Part shown: positions 1 to 11,400 of the stretch, piece by piece
Numbering within the stretch: the stretch's first letter is position 1
Layout: each line of letters begins with the position of its first letter
Assembly: GCA_002633005.1 (NCBI GenBank)
Contig: NMRA01000847.1
Span: 1-64,000, forward strand
DNA: 64,000 nucleotides
Reading direction: 5' to 3'
From: Phoronis australis
Lineage: Eukaryota; Animalia; Phoronida
Position numbers and translations under genes: made by a program
Notes under the pieces: generated by a model
What the model was told of the DNA's origin: nothing
Seen by the model: the letters and a program-made list of their open reading frames with translations, nothing else
Databases searched by the model: none

Positions 1-3000
1 ACCGACAAAACCGGTGTTTACTGTTTTCTGGCATATTACTCTTATGTAACAGCTAAAAATAAAACAATAAAGTTTGTCATTGATTACATACTTTTCATAA
101 CAAGCATACCAATCAAAAGATGCCAATTTTCCTTAAAATAAAACCAATATGGCTGACAAAATGGCGGCTGAATCGGCAATTTAGTACATGTTGCAAGATT
201 TCTTTTTATATTTTGCCCTGAAAATGGCAAAAGTTTTATTCTTTTGTAAGTTAGTCAAATTGAAAATATCTGGACCTTACAATTGGTCACTGGTTTGCGA
301 GAAAAAAATCAAGATGGCTGCCAAAATGTCCGCCAAAATGGCTACCAATTCACAAACCCCAATTTACCGCAAGGCTTTAGCTAAATTTTCATAATAGCTT
401 TCACAAACTCAAATATTTTTCTGTAAAATATATTCATTTGAGGTATCAAAAATAATATTTGTTAGAAAAATATGTTATTCTGGTGGAGTTATTGGCTTAT
501 TCATTACACAAGTGGCCTTCTTTTCTCCTATTGGAGATATTATTAGTTGTTCCCAAGCATCGATTTCATCTGGTGCTGGCATGTATTGAGAATTTGGCTG
601 CTGATTTCCCTTGAATTTGATGAAAAGCAAATAGGATTGTGTAACAAAAAGTTATTAATTGAAATTTAATAGTTAGGAGTCACTTTAACATGCATGTTTT
701 TTATGAACATAGGTAACTGATTTTAGAGGAAATTAGTGCCAGCAAACAAAACGACTGTCACAGTGATCCGCAGCCACTTGTTTTTAGCCAGGCTTTTAAG
801 ATTTCATACTGAGATGAGCTTTCTGGAATGTATTGGATATGAAATGTCAGGCACAGGGCTTCAAGAAGTTCTTGAGACGGTGCATGCATTAAACAGTGTG
901 ATCCTTATGTTGAATGGAAAAAGTGTGGATAGAGCAGTGAGGGGGCATATGCTAGTAGACTCAGCACTGAATGCTATCATAAAAGCCGGAACATTCAACA
1001 TCCCACTTCCAAACATTGACAGATCAAGTAACGCCAATCCAAAACCAATGAAGAAAGAAATTCAGGTTCTTTAGAAATTCCAGGAGTCCGGAATGTCACC
1101 AACACAGAACACACAGATTCCATGCCAAGAGGTAGAGCAGTTCAATGCTTGAAAACAAATTTTGGCTCGTCAAAATATGGAGACAGATGCTTCAGACATC
1201 CCAGACATCCCAACTGATCACATAAATAGATGTATACTATAGGGCATGCCATGCCTAGCCTCTGTCTTCCGATTCTGAACCTTGGATTACAGTGGAAAGC
1301 CTTCACGAGAGTTCACTTTTGGCTTCCGACCTACTGCCATTGGTATATTCAAACACGACTGAATCAGAGTATAGGTCTTCAGAATTCGCAGAGACAGAGA
1401 ATAGTTCATCAGAAGAATCAATGGCCAATGATATTCTTCATGAAGATTTGAGAGCTGGTCTGAAGCGGTATGATGATCTAATTGCTGACATGACGTCTGT
1501 GTGCGATGATGTATGCTCGTCGGAGTGTCTTGTGGGTATCCATAAAAAATTGAAGCACATAAATCAGACTTGTCCTTGCAAAGTTGAATCATTAGTCTTT
1601 GGCTACAGTATATGAAGATGATTGACATCCTTTGACATTTTTAAAAGCAGAAATAAAGTCAGATTGGGAGCTTCACTTAAAAGCAGTTTCTGAAGTGCTG
1701 CCTTACTTTGTAGCTGCTGGTCACAACTGTTATGCCGAATCTTCATACACATACTTGCAGCAGACGTAGCAACTCGAAAACACCTGTCCAGACGTCTACG
1801 GCCAACACACCATAAGACAAAGTGACAGATTCTGGGCAGGCTTGTCATAATGAGATATGATCTTGTAATTGAAAAAACGCTCATGAAAAGTATTAAAACA
1901 ACAGGAGGTTTAACTAGAGGTTGCAAAATGGGAGATACACAGAGTGCACAGTGGCTGCTTTCCTTGCCGGCATGTTCAAGTATAAATGGTGCCATGCAGA
2001 CTGTGACAAACTTGAGTTGTGAAACAAGTCAACAGCATAAAACATGTACCCAGGCAAGACTGTCGCGTGAACACAAAGACATCCGCAGCCTTGTTGAATT
2101 CCTCCAAAACAGTAATCCATTTTAAAGGGAAACATTACAGAACATCGCCACTGGTGTGACTGCAGGCACATGCGTCAGTGCCGAAAATGCCAGAGAAGTG
2201 GGGAAGGCGGTTCGCTTGTCTATGGGGGGGGGGGTCAAGTGTGAAAGACTCCACATTTAGAAAGACAGACAAGGTTGTGGCAATGTCAAGTCAATCAGTT
2301 CATGCTGCTACTAGTGGATCCATGACTGCTATTTCAGCAAATCCTGACAGCTGCAAAAGACAACAGTGAAAGTTCATCAAGCCTTTTGAAGTTTGAACTG
2401 TGTGTTGGTTCCCCTGCTCTGGTTGATACATCTGGTCTTCCCAGAATAGCTAATAAATCAATGTGAGCTGATGCACTCTGGTCCAGTGGGGGACTACCTG
2501 AGGATTTCAATTTCCAGAAAACACGGTGATGCATGTAATCGACGGCGGTTCTCTCCTTCACCGCATTCCATGGTCTGGAGGTGCAACGTTTCAGTCATTT
2601 GATAGAGCTTATGTGGATTACATCAGCAAGTGCACCCAGCCTACTGTTGTTTTTGATGGTTACTGAGATGGACCATCAACTAAAGATGTCTCTCATATTC
2701 GAAGACTGGGTGGGGTGGTTGGAACTGAAGTTCACTTCAATGGTGACATGGTGGTCAAGTAAAAAAGGAACATTTTTGGCAAAGAGCAAAAACAAACAAC
2801 GATTCATTCACTTCTTGTCAAGTTTGCTAGGAAATGTTGGTTGCACAGTGGTACAAGCTCAAAGTGACGCAGAGGTTTTAATTGTAGAAACAGCTGCAGT
2901 AGAGAACGCAGCACAAGGTCCAACTACACTTATTGCAGACGATACAGACTTGGTTCTTTTGCGTTACCATGCTACTTCACAACAAATTCCAATGTTCATG

Positions 3001-4441
3001 AAATTTGACAAGAGGCACCAAAGGAAAAGGAGAGTCTGGGTAATCAAGGAGTTACAGTTGTATCTTGGTGCCAAAACTTGCGCAGTTTTGCTATTTGCAC
3101 ATGCAATAGGTGGTTGCAACACAACATTACAGTTGTTCGGTATTAGCAAAGGCTCTCCCATTCAAGAAACTGCGTGATCGAGAATTCTGCAAAAACTCTA
3201 TTATGATTATTCACTAGACACATGCAGCTGAAGCAAGACATATTTGAAGCTGACAAGAGTTGTATCAGTGCTTGGTGGTACTGGCTCTGGAAATTTGGAT
3301 GACTTGCGATACAGGCGGTTTGTAGATGAGGTGTCAGACTAGCCACAACTTTCTTCAGTAGCTAAAGTCCATGCTACCGGGACATATTATCAAGAGCAAG
3401 AGCGGTCAAGTTTCCATGGCTGTGGCCTAGACTCGCTGTATTGGGGATGGATGCTGGCAGGTGGAAAATTCATTCCTACGACGACGGACCAGTCAGCATC
3501 ACCAGAGAACCTGGTGAAAGTAGTGAGACCTTCGTGTAAGAACAATGCAGTTCCAAGAGATGTACTTGCAAGAAGTTAGGATTGCCGTACTCGGTTGCAT
3601 GTGGAGAATGTCGTGGTTTTAGCTGCAGCAATTCATTCTCAGTTGACAGAGATTAGTTGTGTAAATACTGGTTGATTGTGCATAGATTCACTAGCATTTA
3701 CAACTAACTGTAAGTGACACAGACAGTGTGAATAGTAGATCACTGAATTAATTGCAGAGAGTTACTTTCAATACAGCACATTTTTTCAGGAGAAGAATGA
3801 TCCTTCAGTCCAGGCAAACCTGATCTTTTTGACCCAAATAAGTTATTCGTTAAACCATCTTGAAAATGATAGTAGTAATCATCAAGAGCCAGACAAAACT
3901 TATTGTAATGGACGTGCTGACCTAAAAAACTCAGGATATGGCGTGTCTCTGGAATCTGAAGTTCTCACACAAAGCAATTATTAGGTGGCCATCTTAGAAA
4001 ATGGTGGAAGTAATCATTAGAGCCAAACGCAGTGAGTCTAAATGGATTAGTCGACCCAGAAAACCTATGATACAATGTTTGAAGCAAGACGCACTTATCT
4101 GTTTGTGCGAAGTTAAGCGATTAGAAATAGATTTGGCGCCCATCTTGGAAAATGGCGGACGGTGTCACCACAGCCAGGCAAAACCATTTCCAATGCATTT
4201 GATGACCCACAAAACATAAGTAAACTTTTTTGAATTTTTACTCTTATCACATTCCACTCTTGAGTTATATTGAGCACCAGAAAATCTGGCTGCCATTTTG
4301 TCCGCCATCTTGAAAAACCAACTTCCGCCACTCCGATTCCGGTAGACTTTTCTTCCAGCTAAGAGGTGTGAAAGGATACGATTCATGCAATAAAACCTTC
4401 TGTTGCAATTTTTCCGGGTTATCCGTAGAATGACTGGACTA
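1..4441 (+). mobile_element. Degenerate AcademX-type DNA transposon (transposase + XPG/PIN-like nuclease + Cys-rich finger); left end outside window
   Basis: Frameshifted, stop-riddled fragments in the expected order: FHTEMSFLECIG..MSGTGL...GKSVDRAVRGH (~800-950), WELHLKAVSEVLPYFVAAGHN (~1665-1730), DLVIEKTLMKSIKTTGGLTRG, DGGSLLHRIPW...VVFDGY, NKQRFI...SDAEVLIV...DDTDL...HAIGGCNTT..LFGISK (XPG-like), CSSKRCTCKK...ACGECRGFSCSN (~3545-3632). Right end ...CTGGACTA (reverse complement TAGTCCAG). AAAATGGC/GCCATCTT subterminal motifs at both sides. Confidence 0.8.
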
Positions 4442-4477
4442 TACATGCACATGTAAGCCGTCAGTCATAAGCCGGGA

Positions 4478-4836
4478 GACAAAAGAGTGATAGCATGCAG
4501 AGGTCTAATTCCCAAGTCTTCCACCATTACCTACTTATCCAAGTGCAGTAACATACAGCCATCTATTAGCTCTGAACGCTGGAACTCTTCAGTGTATTCT
4601 TGAAGACCGAAAGTATTCAAGAGAAGGCAAACTTGACCCACACCCATAGAACGAATCTTCATCGTACCCGTGCCACTTTTGGCATCATAACCCTCGAGAT
4701 CCTAGTAGCTTGGAGGAGCCATCTACACATCACAGGGCAGCTGCGAGTAATGGCCGTCTGGGTTGGCACACTCCTGCAACGAGTTTTCAAGCTTAGTTAT
4801 CGTGTTCCTTGATTCAGAGTTGGTTTTCTCCAAGTT
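4478..4836 (-). pseudogene. Orphan, broken duplicate of the last (SAM) exon of the SAM-adaptor gene
   Basis: Homologous to 48138-48509. Acceptor caacag retained at 4837. Premature TAG at 4725-4723, a small insertion near 4580, and the 3' end lost next to the Academ end. Confidence 0.85.
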
Positions 4837-5758
4837 CTGTTGAAAAGAATATGTTAAATCACGTGAGAAGTGTCTTGCCTTGTGTCTTTGTATAGAAATG
4901 TATGTTAACTTAGTCAATCTTATGTTTTTTGACCTAAAGTTGGGAGGTCGGAAAATAAATAGACAACTCGATTGTCGCTTGCTGAATCATGGGTGGTCTA
5001 CTATGTATCGCGAGGTTCGGTGTGAAATTGAAGTAAAATATTCATACAATATCACATTTTATACAGTGCAATACCACAGAGATGGATGTAAAAATCACAA
5101 TAATACTGTTGCGTCTACTGAGCTCTCACAATGAGCCGCGTGTCTAATTGATGATTGCGGAAAGTAAGCATTTTGGAAAGTACCTAATAAGAGTAAAACT
5201 TTTCAAATAAACACACACAAATCAGGAACCCCAACTGGGACTCGAACCAAATGAGTTAAGTATCGATGCACGAAGCGACGAGGTTTATCTGGATTTTCCT
5301 TCTGTGTCTCTTGACATTGTGACGCACCTCTTACCATGTAAATGGATACACACAACCGCCGTCAAGAATCTCAATGCCGTCACTGTACGGGTAACCGACT
5401 GGTGATAAAGTTGGCAAAAATCTAAATTCAAAGTCGATCGATTAATTAAAATTTGAGTAAAAGTTTGACAAAACTAACAACAAAAACCAATTTCTATCTA
5501 CCTAATGAACATATGAATACTGAAATTTTGATTCTAAGTTAAAAATTAAAGAAGTTAGGGTGGTTTAAATTGGGACCGCTTTTTCTGTTTAGTGCCGAAA
5601 ACGTCCCAGTCATTACTACAGCACAACGAGAATAGTTGACTTTACAAATGAATACACGGACATACATGTAACTCCTAAAGTTAAAAAGAATCAAATCGCA
5701 AGAAAGACAATTTCCACCGTGTTTGTAACAAAACAGACGTGTGTATTCAATTTCTCAC

Positions 5759-5926
5759 CAAATCCCTTTCAGTTCGGATGCGTTCCTCTATGTAAAGTTG
5801 CTGTAAGATGATTTGTCTGGCTAGAGATTTGATCACACCCGTCTTCGAGAAATTCCCAGCATTCTGCGCGGACGTAGACGATTCTACGACCACAAGGGCG
5901 ACAAGAAGAGCCAATGGGACCTTCAT
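5759..5926 (-). CDS. Open first coding exon of a third, divergently oriented paralog of the secreted-protein family (56 codons)
   Basis: catttag|ATG ... TTG|gtgag. Translates MKVPLALLVALVVVESSTSAQNAGNFSKTGVIKSLARQIILQQLYIEERIRTERDL, clearly homologous to exon 1 of genes A/B (VIKSLARQLILQQLAIEERIRSEGDS). No further exons of this paralog are in the window. Confidence 0.7.
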
Positions 5927-7383
5927 CTAAATGCGATACAAAATTAGGAGAATGAAAAGCTGTATTCCACCTTATTTAACTGGCTAAAGACAAAAATGGA
6001 TTTAAACCTTTTACTTGCTCTCATAAAATTGGTCTAACTACATTCCTTACTATGATTGGATTCTCATTTCTATGAACTCAACCCACAGGTAATGAATATA
6101 CTGTATATGCACCACTCACAATTTCAAGTTTAGCCATCCCCAATAAAGTCTCGAGGGTTTTTTGGGACACCGATGGTTTCACCGTTTGTAATGGTAACGG
6201 AATGGAATCTTCACTGCAAGGAACATTACGAGACTGGTTGTATTGGTATTCAATGCCGAACACAATTTTGTTTTTAGCTAGTAAGGCAAAATGTAAATTT
6301 AAATATTGTTCGTTAAAATTGTGTCCGTCAACGTCATTTGCGTCATCTAGATGGACACTTTGTTTTAGACGATCGTTGTCAAGAGCGGAATAATGAAAGA
6401 GAAAAAGTTGATCCGTCCGGATTGAGATGGAAAAAATTTCAAAATTTATCCCCTGAATAAATTGTTACGAGGCGGCAATTAGTACATTGTTCAGACACGT
6501 GCGTTGTCATTGCTGCTATCCAACTGTTATGCAAACGAGCTCAGAAATTGACCTCGATGTTGCTTCGAATCCATTTCAGGATTCGGTTGTACCTCATTGT
6601 CTCGCTGTGTTGAAACATTTTTGTTTGAAAATATGAGGGTTTCAGTCTGCACAAATTAGATTGATTTTGCCGAAACATCTTGAAATTCATCAACAAATGG
6701 TGGAAGACGAAAAAAAAAATAAACAGAATAAAAATGAACCATTTTAAGAAGTGAAACTATGGTGGCGGAAGTGACATTTTCACATAATTGCAAAAATCTA
6801 AACTTTGATTTGTGGTTTTCAAAGGGGAAACGATTGTCCACCCGCCCATGATCTTGTGTCGCGTACATGTACGTTTACAGCGACACACATCCCGTTGTGA
6901 GATGATCCTATCTGTCGCACGTATTACTTAATACCGCAGTGAAATGTAACTGGATCTTACAGGATATGCATGCAATTAGCGTATACGTGAGCTTAGTTTT
7001 TGCAGGTTTTTACGTTACGCCTGTGGAAGATATTGTCTGAAGTCTTTCTTCTACAGAATGTTAGCACAGAGCAATATTTCTTTAAATCCTAAGTTTCGTC
7101 AGTGAAAGTGATTTGAAATTACTGACACTTGTAGTGAACAGGGGTAGGAAAAATACATTCACCAAAGTTTATTACAATCTTCTGAAAGCCTTGAAAGGAG
7201 CGTACTTCCAAATTCGAATATAGACTGTGTTTGGAGAGGTAAACTCACCATTCTTAAACATGTGCACAATTTTATACATTGTGTAAGGCACTTTCAAAAC
7301 GTTTGTGCACTGATATTCAAATGGAAGGTAACAGCATTATTATTCTCTAGAACATTTGCTTACAATTCATCAATTACAGACCA

Positions 7384-7810
7384 AACCTTACCTGGATATA
7401 TAATCACAGGCGTAGGTCGTGATAACTTATCTTTGGAAGTTTATATAAGCCACGTGACCAGATGTCAGTTCTCACGGCGCATGCGTTCCGATCTGGTTAC
7501 ATTTAGATTAGAACTAACTTTACTCGATAATGGCGAGCGTAATGGTAGTAGAGAAAACGAAAACAATGATAGTGGCCAACATGCTGATGATTTGCAGTGT
7601 CTTAATTTTTGTAGAAATACATGTGCACGCACAAACTGAACTTCATTTGTAGGCAAGATCCCATTCTTTATGGCTGAGAATTTTAATTCGCAGAATAATG
7701 TTAACACTCACGGACAATATTAAGTAGGAACAGCTTACCAAATACTGAAAAAACTAGACATATATAACACCAGAGCAAATTCTACGTGCTAGGAACCAGT
7801 TTTTACAAGT
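7384..7810. promoter_or_regulatory. Putative bidirectional promoter between the minus-strand paralog and gene A
   Basis: Minus side: TATATAAA (7447-7440), E-box CACGTG (7451), NRF1-like GCGCATGCG (~7477), and a CAG|GTAAGG donor at 7392/7391. Plus side: CATATATAAC at ~7759. All are conserved in unit B. Confidence 0.4.
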
Positions 7811-8174
7811 AAATGTCACAATAGTACATTGTCTTTTGTCTAAACATCGGAATGTACGGACGGATAAGCCCCATGTTTGACGAAATCAGTCCAAGGTTTA
7901 AAATTAGTAAATCAGTCTACAACTCGAAGCCAAAGGGAAAAAACCTAGTTTGCATGTGAGCAGGCTACAGTTATAGTTCGCCTACATCATCTGAAAGAAC
8001 GCGCAGTCTCGAATTTTTCGAGTCCTCGCCACGCCCAATTCTGTAGTAGGCACGTGCTTCTTTGCATGTATGACAGCGACGCCCCTGAAATTTAATCACA
8101 ATTATCAAAACTCAGTGTTATGATGGGCGGCTGCGATTAGTGTGGGATCACGCTCACGTGACGCTTTATTGCAG

Positions 8175-8211
8175 GGAACATGTTGGAGAGCTATCATTCG
8201 GAGGGCGAAAG
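8175..8211 (+). other. Putative 37-nt 5'UTR exon of gene A
   Basis: tttattgcag|...AAG|gtgaga, conserved in unit B (~31736-31772). The ATG exon is itself preceded by an AG acceptor, so an upstream exon is expected. Confidence 0.45.
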
Positions 8212-8476
8212 GTGAGAGAAGAGCTTGTTTTCTCGGCAACTGCAGGAGCATGTTTTTATAGGACTTTAACCGACCTTGATTTAGTTTCCGTTTTTGCTTT
8301 CCACAAATACGAAATTTTGCATCGCCTTCAGTAAAATGAGGAGTTAGTTTATCGCATTTGACTTTCAAATAACGTCTGCATTTTTTATCAAGCGACATAC
8401 AAAACGAGATTTTAAAAACTCTCTTTTTCCTGATTTCACGCTTATTTTGCTCCCATAGTAATGGTTTCAATTGTAG

Positions 8477-11400
8477 ATGTTGCTCTCAATCCTGGCATTT
8501 GTCATTGCTCTGGTGGGCCTGTGCTCACCGGCGGCCATAAGCAAGAATGACGTGGACAAGAAACAGACGGATGTCATCAAGTCTCTAGCGCGCCAATTGA
8601 TTCTGCAACAACTTGCCATCGAAGAAAGAATACGATCAGAGGGCGACTCAGGTTAATTATGAAAACAATCCCAACTTATCTGAGCATAAAAATTTAGGTG
8701 AAGTAATAGGTACAAACTAACGGCTGTTCCTTTTGCTCTTTCAAATCTCGAAAATAAAATAAAAACAGAACCACTAGCTGCTTAGTTTTATGTCGATTCG
8801 TTACATACAGTGTAAATACAAAAGAAAAAAGCGAGTTCGTATAAGAACTTCATTCCATAGACCGTGGGCGGCGCTGCACTGAAAAAGTGGGGCTCCACAG
8901 GGGGCTGGGGGAGGCCTGTAGCCCCCCAGCCCCCTATGGTACGCCGCTCATGCATATGCGTATAAAAAGTTCGTTTCCATTGCCGACCTCATTGGTATAA
9001 AGAGTTTAAAATCTTATGAACACAGCCCATGGCCTTCATGTTTAGCCAAGTAATGAGCGTTCCTCAGTCTGGAAGCATTTACAGAAGCAATCTAAATAAC
9101 ACTGAAACAGTGACATATAATTGCTTTTAAAAATAGTTGTGTGTAGAGTCAGATCAAATTTCTGTCTTAATTCTCGAGCCACCGTTCGTGAAACTGACCC
9201 CTTGACATTAGAACGAAGACGGAAATGTTTCGACATGACAAAGATGACATCGCGCATTCCTTTTATGTATCTCAGGACCTTGAGATTCCGACTTTTCTCG
9301 GGATATTAGGAGCTCGAAATCGTGGCTTATTTATTTCGGGACCTCGAGATCCCAATCTTATTATTTCGGAATCACGAGAGGTCCGGCTTAATTATCTTGA
9401 CATATCTCGATTCTATCAACACAGTCTATTTTCAAATCTCAGCGTTCTTAACTAGTAAATAATGGTTTTCACAACGAATACTCGAACTAGTTGGGATAAA
9501 AATTCGTTGCCAACTAAACTGAATGCATGGCCAGTGGCGTCGAGAGGAGGTGGACAGGAGGGCCCAAAGCCCCAAGACACGTGGCAGTGAAGGGGGCCCG
9601 TCGGTGATGAAAAAAAACGTTGCAACAAAAAATAAACGTTCAAAACGTCTGAGCCGGTCACCTCAGTTGGACTAGGACAAAAACTCAGAAACCCGCGAGT
9701 GGCCCTGAAAATTTCATGGAAACAGTTTAAAATTGCTGCGTACTTGTGTCTCACTGTTGAATCTGTTAAAGGAAGAGACGATGAAAATCACGAATTTTCT
9801 TGCACAACAGCATATACATGTAATATGGGCTGCAGGCAAGTTCTATCAAATAATAAATGTTCTCCAGGTAAACTAACATTTCGGCGTCATCCTTACCGAA
9901 ATGTAGTTGAGCCTGTACCACTTCAGCAAAACTGTAATAATAAAGCAGGCGGTTCCTCCTTACATTGTACTTCAAAAATAATTCTACGCAAGTGCGTCTC
10001 CTTAAAACCCCATTGTTCTGAGCCATGACACCCTGATGTGCATTTCATTTTATCAAATAATTCAAATGGCTGTTGCACCAGAAAAGTTTCAACATTTAAC
10101 GTAATAAGATAAATAATTCACCTTTCAACGTGCACATGCGATCCTATCTGGCTTGTGGTCTCAACGAAGAAAAGTAAGTGACAATAATAAAACAAACAAG
10201 TCAAATTATTCAACTTCAACATATTTCGATGTCTCAGACATCATCATCAGGACATGTAATCAAGGCCATCGTCAACCTTAACCCACACAATCAGTAGAGA
10301 TGTTAAGAAGCAATATTACTGCAACAAAACATCAATGACAACGCTTTTGTTTAGAACTTCCATCTGCCAACAGATCGGATAACATGATTTGAGGAATAAC
10401 ACAAAACGTACCGAGAATGGCGTGGATGAAGTAATATCCCACGACACACTATTCTTCGTATCGCGGAATAATGTCGAGTGGGATATTACTTCATCTACGT
10501 CAATCAGGGTACGTTTTGTGTTTATTCCCTAGCCTTCGAATTCCTTAGTTTCTTTCATTTTTTCAGCAGATTTTTAAATAGTTCAAGTGGTGGATCACAT
10601 CTTTTATGTATGTAATTAAACGTTAGGTTGCAAAGTTGTCTCTAGTAAAAGAACATATTTAAATGTAAGTGTTTATTACTTGAAAAGAGAAAACAAAGAT
10701 GAAAACAACAATAACTCTGCATTGAACTCGTAATACTTGTAATATTTCTCTGAAAATAGTTAAATAACAACCATATTTCATATTTTAGATACGAGGAATC
10801 GACGCCTGAGTTGCAGACGATAAAATATGTACCCATTGAAAACTTAGACTGAAGGGTCTTATAATTAACAGTTTTGTTCTAGGTGTTACGTTTGGGAACT
10901 GGTTGTACATGTATGTTTAGTGTCATTTGCACTGCTGCAATTGTATTACTTAAACTACTTTCGGAAAGTTTGATGATTGAACCGGCTAACGATGTCGAGT
11001 CGACGTTGACCTACGTTTTGAACTTTCCGTGTCAGAGGTCGCTGTTGAATAGTGCGGGATGTGAATAGGGAAAACAATATCACATGGCCGTATTGCACTC
11101 GTCAGATTCAACGCGTTTGGGATTGAGGACAGAACTTAGATTCATCACGGCACGACAGATTTACGTGTCTAATGTTAATATGTCAGATATTAATGGGATG
11201 ATTTTAAAAATATTCTTTCTGCTTAAAACTGCAGTGCTACTAGACAAAAGTTTTGCTGGCTGAAAAGCAAAAACAGAGTTAGATCTCTGTAGACATGCTC
11301 AGGCATCACTTTGGTATCATTATTAGCGTTAGGCATCTTCGGCGTTTGGTGTCAAGACTATGGCTCGCACGTCGTAGAAATTATTCAGACAATAATGATA

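Noticed and set aside
6078-6440. Conserved ORFs on both strands upstream of the paralog exon (also 29276-29467)
   Set aside because: Conservation is explained by the segmental duplication. The unit B copy has stops on both strands and no recognisable motif.
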